Assembly: GCA_964521295.1 (NCBI GenBank)
Contig: CAZFRF010000001.1
Location: 577,016 to 641,015 of the forward strand
Reading direction: 5' to 3'
DNA length: 64,000 bases
Origin: an uncultured Gammaproteobacteria bacterium
GTDB taxonomy: Bacteria > Patescibacteriota > Microgenomatia > Levybacterales > UBA12049
Shown here: positions 11,839-20,504 of the stretch, piece by piece
How the letters are laid out: each line of letters begins with the position of its first letter
Position numbering within the stretch: the first letter of the stretch is position 1
The notes under the pieces: model-generated
What the model saw: only the letters and a program-made list of their open reading frames with translations
Databases searched by the model: none
Told to the model about the DNA's origin: nothing
Translations under genes and position numbers: made by a program

Positions 11839-12342
11839 TTATATTTTTCGACTATCATATGCCCAATGTAAAATTGCTTGACGTTGACGAGGTCTACAAA
11901 CTAAATCACCTTTGCTGCAATTTTTCCTTACTTGGGCAATATGCCTTTTTATAGCTAACCATCTTTTTATCTGTCTTTCATCATCACTTGATCTTCTTCC
12001 TAAAAAATATCTACAATACCATTGAAACCAACCTCTAGGATCATCTTTCCAAATCCAGCCCTTTTTAAACCAAACTGATAAAGGTTGACTAGCATTAATT
12101 TTGAAATAATTTAAGTTCTTATCTGGACCATTGGGATCTAGCTTGGCTTTTTCAAACCAATCCTTAGGAAATTCATTAACGCAATCAGTCATATATCTTC
12201 CCCCAAATACACCCATTTCAAGCATTTGTTTGGGAGTCAATTCTGGTTTAAAAAGAGGATCAAAGTTTTTGCCCATGGGTTCTGTGAGAAAATAATAGTA
12301 ATCTTTTTGCATCTTGTCATTTACTACTACACGCTTTCTCAT
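11839..12342 (-). CDS. hypothetical protein (167 aa), Trp/Arg-rich (GWIWKDDPRGWFQWYCRYFLGRR), family not recognised
   Basis: Intact ORF directly downstream of the 93-aa ORF (TAA-TT-ATG junction). Unusual W/R/C-rich sequence. There is a possible R-x6-H element near the C-terminus. Confidence 0.55.
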   Translation of the reverse strand: MRKRVVVNDKMQKDYYYFLTEPMGKNFDPLFKPELTPKQMLEMGVFGGRYMTDCVNEFPKDWFEKAKLDPNGPDKNLNYFKINASQPLSVWFKKGWIWKDDPRGWFQWYCRYFLGRRSSDDERQIKRWLAIKRHIAQVRKNCSKGDLVCRPRQRQAILHWAYDSRKI

Positions 12343-12344
12343 AA

Positions 12345-12626
12345 TTATTGACCTTTAATAGTATGTGCTAATAAATCTTGTAGTTCGCTCTGTAGCCCAG
12401 GGCTTTTTTTAAAAACTTTTAATCTTTCTAATGCCTGCGACTCAGTCAGTCCTCCAACCTTAGGTTTTTCAGCAAATGCTCTTAAGTTTGGCTTCCCCAT
12501 AAATGCAGTTTCGAATGCAGCTCTAACAACTCTTTCCCCATACCATCCCACAACTTGACCAACTCGGGAATGAACACCTAAATGCTTATTAATATACCTT
12601 TCAAGCATATAAGAAATATATAGCAC
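12345..12626 (-). CDS. hypothetical small protein (93 aa)
   Basis: ORF abutting the 167-aa gene. Composition is similar to its two neighbours. Its start faces the alaS promoter region. No motif recognised. Confidence 0.45.
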   Translation of the reverse strand: MLYISYMLERYINKHLGVHSRVGQVVGWYGERVVRAAFETAFMGKPNLRAFAEKPKVGGLTESQALERLKVFKKSPGLQSELQDLLAHTIKGQ

Positions 12627-12690
12627 TAACTCTTATGAAGCACAATATTTAGTTAAGTTTAGCTTTGATATTTTTTGATATAATCAGCTT

Positions 12691-14469
12691 ATGAACGCAA
12701 AGCAAATAATTGATGCATATATTTCTTTTTTTGAAGAAAGAAAACACGTAAGGATAGCAAACTCTCCATTAATCCCAGATAATGATCCAACTACGCTTTT
12801 TACCTCAAGCGGAATGCAGCCATTAGTTCCCTATCTTCTTGGAGAAGCACACCCCTCAGGATCAAGACTAGTTAATGTTCAAAATAGCTTTAGAGCTCAA
12901 GATATAGAAGAAATTGGCGATAACAGACACACAACCTTTTTTAGAATGTTAGGCAACTGGAGCCTAGGAGATTATTTCAAAAAAGAAGAAATACCTTGGC
13001 TCTGGGAATTTTTAACAGTAACCCTAAAACTTCCTAAAGAAAAATTGTATATTACTGTTTTTGCTGGAGACGACAAAGTTGAAAAAGATTCTGAATCTTT
13101 TGAAATCTGGAAAAACTTAGTGCCCGAAGATAGGATCTTTTTTGCAGGCGTAGACAAAAACTGGTGGTCAAGAAGCGGAGTACCTAATAATATGCCCGTA
13201 GGCGAACCAGGCGGACCAGATACTGAAGTATATTATAAGTTCGATGATCTAGAACATGATTTTAGCTGCAAAGATAATCCGGTTGAGTGTGAATGCGGAG
13301 TATATCTAGAAATTGCCAATAGCGTTTTCATGCAATATTTAAAAACTGAAAATGGCTTTGAAAATTTACCAAAACAAAATGTAGATTTTGGCGGAGGATT
13401 AGAAAGGCTACTAGCTGCTACTGAAAACAAATCAGATATTTTCCAAACTTCCCTATTTTTCCCAATCATTAAGGCTCTAGAGGAAAAAACAGGTAAAAAG
13501 TACAATGAGCACGCTAAGGAACTTCGCATAATTACCGATCATCTAAGAGCAGCTATTTATTTAATTAATGCTGGAGTAATACCATCAAATAAGGAACGCG
13601 GATATATTTTAAGAAGACTTATTAGAAGAGCCGCTGACCACTTGAAAGATTTTGAACTAACCAAACTAGAAGAAATAATTACAGTAATTACTGACGAATG
13701 CTCTAAAACTGATGAGATTTTAAATGAAAATTACGAAACAATAAAAAATGCAATTTTAGAAGAATACACAAAATATGCTAAGGCAGTATCTGAAGCTAAG
13801 AAATTTGTGGAAAGAAAATATAAAAGAACTGGAGATGAAATTATGGGTCAAACCGTTGAAATATCGGCTGAAGACGCATTCAATCTTTATACTTCATATG
13901 GATTATCTCCTACACAAATTAAAAGTTTAGGCTACGCCTTTATTGAACAAGATTTCGCAAACCTTATGGAATCACATAAGAATCTATCTAGAACTGCATC
14001 AGCGGGAATGTTTAAGGGAGGACTTGCAGATCACAGCGAGAAGACTATCATGGGTCATACAGCCACTCATTTACTCCACCAAGCATTAAGAGATTTATTT
14101 GGCACTGATCTACACCAAACAGGCTCTAACATTACCACGGAGCGACTCAGGTTTGATTTCAATAAAGATACTTTACTTTCTGAGGAAGAAATAAAAAAAA
14201 TTGAAGAAATAGTAAGTAGTAAAATTGCGGCAAATTTACCAGTACATTTCGAGATGCTTCCTCTTGCTAAGGCTAAGGAAATCGGAGCAATAGGCCTATT
14301 TGATGATAAGTATGCACAAGATGTAAAAGTCTATTTTATAGGAGATTATTCTAAAGAATTTTGTGGCGGACCTCATGTTGACTTTACTGGGAAGATAAAA
14401 AGATTTAAAATAATTAAGCAAGAGAATCTTGGCAAAGGACAGAAAAGAATTTACGCTGTCGTTGGATAA
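12691..14469 (+). CDS. alaS: alanine--tRNA ligase, shortened form (catalytic + tRNA-recognition + core editing motifs; no C-Ala domain)
   Basis: N-terminus matches AlaRS (NDPTTLFTSSGMQPL, FRAQDIEEIGDNRHTTFFRMLGNWSLGDYFK, GYILRRLIRRA). Editing-site HTATHLLHQALRDLFG...CGGPHV. Only 592 aa versus ~870 aa for canonical AlaRS. Confidence 0.85.
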   Translation: MNAKQIIDAYISFFEERKHVRIANSPLIPDNDPTTLFTSSGMQPLVPYLLGEAHPSGSRLVNVQNSFRAQDIEEIGDNRHTTFFRMLGNWSLGDYFKKEEIPWLWEFLTVTLKLPKEKLYITVFAGDDKVEKDSESFEIWKNLVPEDRIFFAGVDKNWWSRSGVPNNMPVGEPGGPDTEVYYKFDDLEHDFSCKDNPVECECGVYLEIANSVFMQYLKTENGFENLPKQNVDFGGGLERLLAATENKSDIFQTSLFFPIIKALEEKTGKKYNEHAKELRIITDHLRAAIYLINAGVIPSNKERGYILRRLIRRAADHLKDFELTKLEEIITVITDECSKTDEILNENYETIKNAILEEYTKYAKAVSEAKKFVERKYKRTGDEIMGQTVEISAEDAFNLYTSYGLSPTQIKSLGYAFIEQDFANLMESHKNLSRTASAGMFKGGLADHSEKTIMGHTATHLLHQALRDLFGTDLHQTGSNITTERLRFDFNKDTLLSEEEIKKIEEIVSSKIAANLPVHFEMLPLAKAKEIGAIGLFDDKYAQDVKVYFIGDYSKEFCGGPHVDFTGKIKRFKIIKQENLGKGQKRIYAVVG

Positions 14470-14474
14470 TAACT

Positions 14475-16793
14475 ATGAAATTTTCGATACTGCCTAATTT
14501 ACAAAAGAAAGAAAACGTAGATTATTTTCTAGCGTTAATTTTAAGAAATGAAGCCGTAAAAGCTGTAATTTTTCAAAAATCTGAATCCACACTCAAATAC
14601 CTAAATCAAGGTCAAGCACACTTTGCAACCACAATCGAAGATGCTTCGATGGAAGAATTCTTAAACGCATTAGACAAAGCTATAACCTCTGCTGAATCAG
14701 TTTTGCCTCAAAATGTTGAAGCGCATAAAACCCTATATGGATTAAAAGATTCTTGGGTAGAAGATAATAAAATCAAAAAAGACTATTTAGAAAAATTAAA
14801 AAAAGCTGGTGAAGAATTAGCTCTTGATCCAATAGGTTTTTTAGTTTTTTCAGAAAGCATCGTTAATCTCCTACAAAAAGAGGAAGGTGCACCTGTTACT
14901 GCGATTCTTACTGAAGTCGGAGAAAAACTAGTAACCGTCTCATTAGTAAAAGCTGGGAGAATCTTAGAAGTAAGATCTTCTGAAATTCATGAATCGGTTG
15001 CTTTTACAGTAGATACTATTTTAAAACATCTTCAAACTCCAGAGGTTATGCCCTCAAGAATTATTGTATTTAATGGAGGAGCAAAAGATTTATCTCAAGA
15101 ATTCATTGGACATAAATGGAGCAAGAGCTTACCTTTCTTACACCTTCCTCAAACACTTAGCTTACCAAAAGACTCTGATATAAAAGCTGTCCTACTTGGA
15201 GCTGCTACTCAAATGGGAGCAAATTTAATTTTTGACCATACTAAACCAATAATTACTAATGACAATTTTGAAGAGGTTGAAAAAGAAACAGTTCTCAGGC
15301 CTAACGAGGAAGAAGCAAAACATGAAGAGGCAGCAGGAGAAATCGAAAAACCTAAGGAACTAGAAAATAAAGAAAACTTAGAACAAATAGATCAAGATAA
15401 TTCTTTAGATTATTTTGGTTTTAGCACGACTGACATTGCTAAAACTCAACCGCCTATAATTAGCAAAGCAGCAGAAAATATTCCCAGCGAAGTTTTAATT
15501 AAAGAAACTGAAGAAATTCCCGATGAAGTAAAATTTGAAGAAGAGAAAAAAGATGGAGTACCTGCTCTAGGTGTAATGACAGCCGAAAAAGCTAAAAAAT
15601 TTTCACTAAACTTACCTAAATTAATTTCACCTATTATGGCTATGCTAAAAGTGAATGGCGCAAAAGACAAAAAGATTTTCTTAATAATTGGCAGTATAGT
15701 AATTGCAGCTTTAGCTATATACTTCTTATTTATCTTTCAAACTAAAGCTGAAGTTACGATTTCTGTTAATCCTAAACAGGAATCAAAAACACTATCAGTA
15801 ACTTTTGAACCAGAAGGAACAACCAATTTAACAGATAATACAATTGCCGCAACTATAATTCCAATCGACGAAACAGGCTCTGTAACCATATCCACAACAG
15901 GCAAAAAAGATGTTGGCAATAAAGCTAAAGGTAAAGTAACTATTTTTAATAACGATACGGATGGAAGCGTCACTCTCCCTGCGGGAACAACTATAACTAG
16001 TAGCAATGGCTTAAAATTTGATTTAGATTCTCAGGTAAAAGTTGGCTCAGCAAGTGGAGATCTGTTCTCTGGAACAAAACCAGGAACAGCTGATGTTAAT
16101 GTTACCGCAGAAAGCATTGGAACGGAATCAAACTTACCATCAGATACTAAATTTACTGTTGGCAGCAGTAAAACAGTTGCAGCTAAAAACGACAATGCAT
16201 TTTCTGGTGGAACTAAAAAATCAGTAACAGTTGTTTCTAAAAACGACATCGCAAAGGCTGAAGAAAATCTACCTAAAGAATTAGCCAATAAAGCCAAAAG
16301 CGATATTCAATCGAAAGTAAATAAAGGCGAAACAGTTTTACCAGATTTTGTTAGCACAGACTTAACATCAGAAAAATTCAGTAAAAAAGTTGAAGAAGAG
16401 GCTTCTAATCTAACACTTAATGCAACGGTATCTTTTAATTATCTTTCATTTAAAGATTCTGATTTATCTGATCTTGCAGCTAAACTTTTCAACGATTCTA
16501 ATTTCAATATTCAAAAAAGTAATTTAACAACAAGTGCTAAAGATATTAAGGTACTTAAAACAAAAGACATTAGCGCTGATTTAACAATTAACGCTAAGCT
16601 TTTCCCAATAATTGACGTAACTAGCCTGACTAAAGAAATTGCAGGAGTTGATGTTCTAAAAGCAAAAAACACTTTGGGTAACCAAACAAATGTACAAAAT
16701 GTTGAAATTAACGTTCACCCTAACCTTCCTTTTATCGCTTCTAAACTTCCCAAAAATCCAAATAATATAAAGATAAATATAGTTTCTAATTGA
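14475..16793 (+). CDS. membrane protein: N-terminal FtsA/PilM-like actin-fold domain, one TM helix, Ser/Thr-rich extracytoplasmic C-terminal domain
   Basis: 772 aa. N-terminal ~400 aa shows an ASKHA-like pattern (YFLALILRNEAVKAVIF..., ...IIVFNGGAKDL). A TM helix IFLIIGSIVIAALAIYFLFIF lies near residue 405. The C-terminal 350 aa is T/S/N/K-rich and beta-strand-like. The ATGA overlap with the downstream sortase implies co-expression. Confidence 0.6.
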   Translation: MKFSILPNLQKKENVDYFLALILRNEAVKAVIFQKSESTLKYLNQGQAHFATTIEDASMEEFLNALDKAITSAESVLPQNVEAHKTLYGLKDSWVEDNKIKKDYLEKLKKAGEELALDPIGFLVFSESIVNLLQKEEGAPVTAILTEVGEKLVTVSLVKAGRILEVRSSEIHESVAFTVDTILKHLQTPEVMPSRIIVFNGGAKDLSQEFIGHKWSKSLPFLHLPQTLSLPKDSDIKAVLLGAATQMGANLIFDHTKPIITNDNFEEVEKETVLRPNEEEAKHEEAAGEIEKPKELENKENLEQIDQDNSLDYFGFSTTDIAKTQPPIISKAAENIPSEVLIKETEEIPDEVKFEEEKKDGVPALGVMTAEKAKKFSLNLPKLISPIMAMLKVNGAKDKKIFLIIGSIVIAALAIYFLFIFQTKAEVTISVNPKQESKTLSVTFEPEGTTNLTDNTIAATIIPIDETGSVTISTTGKKDVGNKAKGKVTIFNNDTDGSVTLPAGTTITSSNGLKFDLDSQVKVGSASGDLFSGTKPGTADVNVTAESIGTESNLPSDTKFTVGSSKTVAAKNDNAFSGGTKKSVTVVSKNDIAKAEENLPKELANKAKSDIQSKVNKGETVLPDFVSTDLTSEKFSKKVEEEASNLTLNATVSFNYLSFKDSDLSDLAAKLFNDSNFNIQKSNLTTSAKDIKVLKTKDISADLTINAKLFPIIDVTSLTKEIAGVDVLKAKNTLGNQTNVQNVEINVHPNLPFIASKLPKNPNNIKINIVSN

Positions 16794-17524
16794 TGATTAG
16801 ATATCATAAGCAAACCGGTAAAAAATTTAATAAAAAATTAATTTTAAGAATCATTAGCTTGTCAATTGTTTTATGTGGAACACTACTCGCTTTATATGTA
16901 TTTTTTCCAGTTCTATCTTGGCAAGTCTATTTTGCGCCTGTTTTTGCTAGCCAACAGATCAATGCTCCTATTCCTAAAAGTACGATAGTTTCCAAAGACA
17001 CGATCGGCTCACTCATTAGCGAGGCATCCCAAGCTCTTTCCGGAATTGACTACACTAATGCTGACAATTGGTTTCCTAGTTATAAATACTCTAATCAAAA
17101 TAAACCCAAAACTCTTAAATATACTCTAACAATCCCTAAAATTGAATTAAATGACGCGATTGTTTCAACCTTAGACAACGATCTTGCAAATCATTTAGTA
17201 AATTATGGTGGAACTGCTATTGCTCCTGAAAAGGGCAATGCCGTAATTTTTGGACACTCAACACTTCCTCAGCTTTATAACCCTAAAAATTACAAAACTA
17301 TCTTTACTTATTTATATAAACTTACAGAAGGCGACCAAATCATAGCTAAGGTTAATAATAAAAGCTATACGTACATTATAGAAAATATTTCAGTTGTTGA
17401 ACCAACTAATACATCAGTTTTGGAGCAAAGTTTTGATGATAGCTACTTAACTTTAATTACCTGTACTCCTCCTGGGACAATTTGGAAAAGATTAATAATT
17501 AAGGCAAGATTATCTAAGAATTAA
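16790..17524 (+). CDS. sortase family transpeptidase
   Basis: 244 aa. N-terminal membrane anchor. Catalytic His (VIFGHS), the TLITC active-site Cys motif (YLTLITCTPPGT) and a downstream Arg, as in class A/E sortases. Confidence 0.8.
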   Translation: MMIRYHKQTGKKFNKKLILRIISLSIVLCGTLLALYVFFPVLSWQVYFAPVFASQQINAPIPKSTIVSKDTIGSLISEASQALSGIDYTNADNWFPSYKYSNQNKPKTLKYTLTIPKIELNDAIVSTLDNDLANHLVNYGGTAIAPEKGNAVIFGHSTLPQLYNPKNYKTIFTYLYKLTEGDQIIAKVNNKSYTYIIENISVVEPTNTSVLEQSFDDSYLTLITCTPPGTIWKRLIIKARLSKN

Positions 17525-17661
17525 TATGCAAGATTCAAGTTTACTAAGATTTTTAAAAAATATTTGGCCAAACATCTATAGATTTATTAATACAATATTT
17601 TATTATCTTTTTATGCTTATTAGGAACTTAATTAAAGGAATTTTAAGTCAAATTAAATAAT

Positions 17662-18936
17662 ATGGACGAAAAACATATTGCTATTAACGCAGTTAGAAAA
17701 AAACTTTTAGGCAAAAGGCTTACTTATGATGAAATCTACGCCATAATGGATGAGATATCAAAAAATAGATTTGGAGAAATTTTAACTACCTATTTTGCTG
17801 CATCTGGATATTCAAAAGGCTTCACAAATACTGAACTTTATTACCTTACTAAAGCCATGGTTGAAACTGGTGAAAGGCTTGAATTTGAAGGAATAGTAGC
17901 CGACAAACACTCTATTGGCGGAATCCCAGCAACCAGAACAACTCCCATAGTTGTAAGTATAGTAGCTGCTGCAGGGTTTAAGATTCCTAAAAGCTCTTCT
18001 CGAGCAATTACAAGCCCCGACGGTACTGCTGACGATATGGAAGTACTGGCTCCAGTTAATTTAAGCAAAGAAAAAATTTATTCAACAATTAAAAAAACTA
18101 ATGCCTGCATTGTATGGGGAGGAAGTTTTCATCTTGCACCAGCTGACGATGTAATTATCAACGTTGAAAAACCTTTATCTTTTGAAAGCTATGATAAAAT
18201 AGTAGTTTCAATAATGGCTAAAAAAATTGCTTTTGGCTCTAACCACATTGTTATTGATTTACCGTATGGAGAAAATGCCAAAGTACACTCACTAAAAGAA
18301 GCTCAAGAATTAAGTGGAAAATTTAATTTCTTAGCTGATAAATTTAAAATAAAAATAAGAGTTCTTATTTACAAAACTAACGAACCCGCCGGCAGAGGCA
18401 TAGGACCAATATTAGAAATTAAAGATTCTTTAATGGTCTTAGAACAAAAAGCAGATAGACCAATTGACCTGGAAGTAAGAAGCTTAAATCTTGCAAGTAA
18501 TTTACTTGAAATTTGCCTTGAAGATGCAGACAAGAAAACCCAAGAATTTGTAAAAAAACACTATGATAATACCTATAACTGGGCACTTTCAATTCTGCAG
18601 AATAAAACAGCTTTGGAAAAATTCAAGGAAATTATTAAGGCTCAAGGTGGAAATTCGCAAGTAAAATCTGAAGACCTTAAACCAGCAAAGCATTATTTTC
18701 AACAAAAAGCTCACCGTAATGGCGTAGTTGATAGTTTAAATATTAAAAATATTGCAAGTATCGCCAAGATCTTAGGCGCTCCTAAGATGAAAGGTGCGGG
18801 TGTGTATTTAAATAAAAAAATAGGAGAAAGCATTAAGATTGGCGATGTCTTATATACACTTTTTTCAGAAAATGTGTATAATCTTAAGGAAGGAAAGGAA
18901 TCAATAGAAAACTTTCCAATAATAAGTTACGAATGA
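17662..18936 (+). CDS. AMP phosphorylase / thymidine (pyrimidine-nucleoside) phosphorylase family protein
   Basis: 424 aa. Glycosyltransferase family 3 helical N-domain. Phosphate-binding motif DKHSIGGIP (compare TP DKHSTGGVGD). Overall TP/AMPpase architecture. Confidence 0.8.
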   Translation: MDEKHIAINAVRKKLLGKRLTYDEIYAIMDEISKNRFGEILTTYFAASGYSKGFTNTELYYLTKAMVETGERLEFEGIVADKHSIGGIPATRTTPIVVSIVAAAGFKIPKSSSRAITSPDGTADDMEVLAPVNLSKEKIYSTIKKTNACIVWGGSFHLAPADDVIINVEKPLSFESYDKIVVSIMAKKIAFGSNHIVIDLPYGENAKVHSLKEAQELSGKFNFLADKFKIKIRVLIYKTNEPAGRGIGPILEIKDSLMVLEQKADRPIDLEVRSLNLASNLLEICLEDADKKTQEFVKKHYDNTYNWALSILQNKTALEKFKEIIKAQGGNSQVKSEDLKPAKHYFQQKAHRNGVVDSLNIKNIASIAKILGAPKMKGAGVYLNKKIGESIKIGDVLYTLFSENVYNLKEGKESIENFPIISYE

Positions 18937-19892
18937 AAAAAATAATTATTACATTAATATTAGGACTAGTACTTATTATTATCGGATCCCTTTGGTGGAT
19001 TAATGGTAGCTTACCCGCTAATCCATCCGACAAATCCCCTAAAATATTTATTGTTAAAAAAGGTGAAGGAGTCAGAGAAATTGCTAATAACTTAAAAGCT
19101 CAAGGACTTATTAAAGATCCAATTGTTTTCTTTTTAACTACCAAGGAAAAAGGTTTGGATAAATTAATTCAAGCCGGAGATTTTAGACTTTTTTCATATA
19201 TGAATGCTGGACAAATTGCTGAAAGCTTAACTCATGGAACTTTAGATATTTGGGTAACCATTCCAGAAGGACTCAGAGCAGAAGAAATTGCTAATATTTT
19301 ACAAAAACATATGCCTTCATATGATCCTAGCTGGAATCAAGAATTAAACAAAAATGAAGGCTATCTTTTCCCAGACACCTATCTTTTCCCAAGAGGAGCA
19401 TCTGTAGATCAAATAATTACTATCATGCGTACAAATTTTCAAAATAAATATGAGTCTATTGCTGCAACCAAAACTACTAATCTCTCCGAAGAACAAACCG
19501 TAATTATTGCATCAATTATTGAAAGAGAGGCTATTTTTGCAGAAGACAGACCAATGGTTGCTTCGGTACTCATGAATAGAATAGGCTTAGGCATGGCTTT
19601 AGGAGTTGATCCAACAGTTCAATATGCGGTTGGTTATGATTCAGAATCAAAAAGCTGGTGGAAAAAAGATCTAACTGTTGATGATCTTGCAATTAATTCT
19701 CCCTACAATACTCGTAAGTTTGCTGGATTGCCACCATCAGCTATTTCTAATCCTGGAATTTCAGCTTTAAAAGCTGCTTTAACTCCACCTGAAACAGATT
19801 ATTTATATTTCTATTCTGATGTAAAAGGACATTTGCATTTCGCTAAAACCTTAGATGGACATGAGGCTAATATTAAGAAATATCAAGAGTAA
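18933..19892 (+). CDS. mltG: endolytic murein transglycosylase MltG (YceG family)
   Basis: 319 aa. N-terminal TM helix. YceG-like blocks (YLFPDTYLFP, IIASIIEREA, ASVLMNRIGLGMALGVDPTVQYA). Confidence 0.85.
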   Translation: MKKIIITLILGLVLIIIGSLWWINGSLPANPSDKSPKIFIVKKGEGVREIANNLKAQGLIKDPIVFFLTTKEKGLDKLIQAGDFRLFSYMNAGQIAESLTHGTLDIWVTIPEGLRAEEIANILQKHMPSYDPSWNQELNKNEGYLFPDTYLFPRGASVDQIITIMRTNFQNKYESIAATKTTNLSEEQTVIIASIIEREAIFAEDRPMVASVLMNRIGLGMALGVDPTVQYAVGYDSESKSWWKKDLTVDDLAINSPYNTRKFAGLPPSAISNPGISALKAALTPPETDYLYFYSDVKGHLHFAKTLDGHEANIKKYQE

Positions 19893-19893
19893 T

Positions 19894-20250
19894 TTACTTT
19901 TTAAATCTTCTGAAGAACTTCTTCTTTGGAGTTACTGACTCAACTTTTTCCGCAACTGTCTCTACTTCTTTTTTAACTTCATTTTTTGCAGCTTTTAAAT
20001 CTTCTTTTATTTCTGAATCTTCTTCCTCTTTTCCGCCAATATTATACTCATCCATCATATTAGAAATCCCTTCAATACCCTGTTCAGAAATAATTTTTAG
20101 AAGATTTTTACCAGATTTAGTACCGAGCAAGAATACTGCAGCCGCACCGATTGCTAAACCCAGCATAAAACCATCGAAGAAATGGTTGTTGTGATGTTGA
20201 TTATTCATGTTTTTTCTCGTGTTTTGTTCCTGTTTGGAATATCTTCGCAA
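19894..20250 (-). CDS. small membrane protein, YtxH/DUF948-like
   Basis: Single TM helix (LGLAIGAAAVFLLG) followed by a charged coiled-coil tail. The true start is probably an internal Met, because the annotated start overlaps the upstream paralog. Confidence 0.45.
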   Translation of the reverse strand: MRRYSKQEQNTRKNMNNQHHNNHFFDGFMLGLAIGAAAVFLLGTKSGKNLLKIISEQGIEGISNMMDEYNIGGKEEEDSEIKEDLKAAKNEVKKEVETVAEKVESVTPKKKFFRRFKK

Positions 20251-20473
20251 TAGTCGCCCCGGTTTTTAGCCCCATTGCAATTGTGGACAAAGAAGAAATT
20301 GGCTTAGAAATACTTTCAGAAATATTTCCTGCATCTTCTAAGACTTTATTTGCCTTTTCAACAGTTTTTCTAAGCTCTCTTAAGATAAAAAAAACTTGAA
20401 TTCCTAATACCACAAGGAGAACTGTGAGGATAATTATTACTAAAAATAGAGCTGTTTGGGCAGGATCAGTCAT
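20201..20473 (-). CDS. small membrane protein, DUF948-like
   Basis: 90 aa. N-terminal TM helix followed by a charged helix. Similar architecture to the adjacent ORF. Confidence 0.45.
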   Translation of the reverse strand: MTDPAQTALFLVIIILTVLLVVLGIQVFFILRELRKTVEKANKVLEDAGNISESISKPISSLSTIAMGLKTGATIAKIFQTGTKHEKKHE

Positions 20474-20504
20474 GAATATAAGTTAACTTAAAATGGCAAA
20501 AAGG

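Noticed and set aside
12627-12690. T-box leader upstream of alaS (and likewise upstream of metG at 43868-44312)
   Set aside because: The leaders are far too short (64 nt) or are occupied by a hydrophobic small ORF. No T-box sequence (AATTAGGGTGGTACCGCG-like) is seen.
15940-15990. LPAGT motif inside the 772-aa protein as a sortase sorting signal
   Set aside because: The motif is internal. It is not followed by a C-terminal hydrophobic segment and basic tail, so it is not a cell-wall sorting signal.
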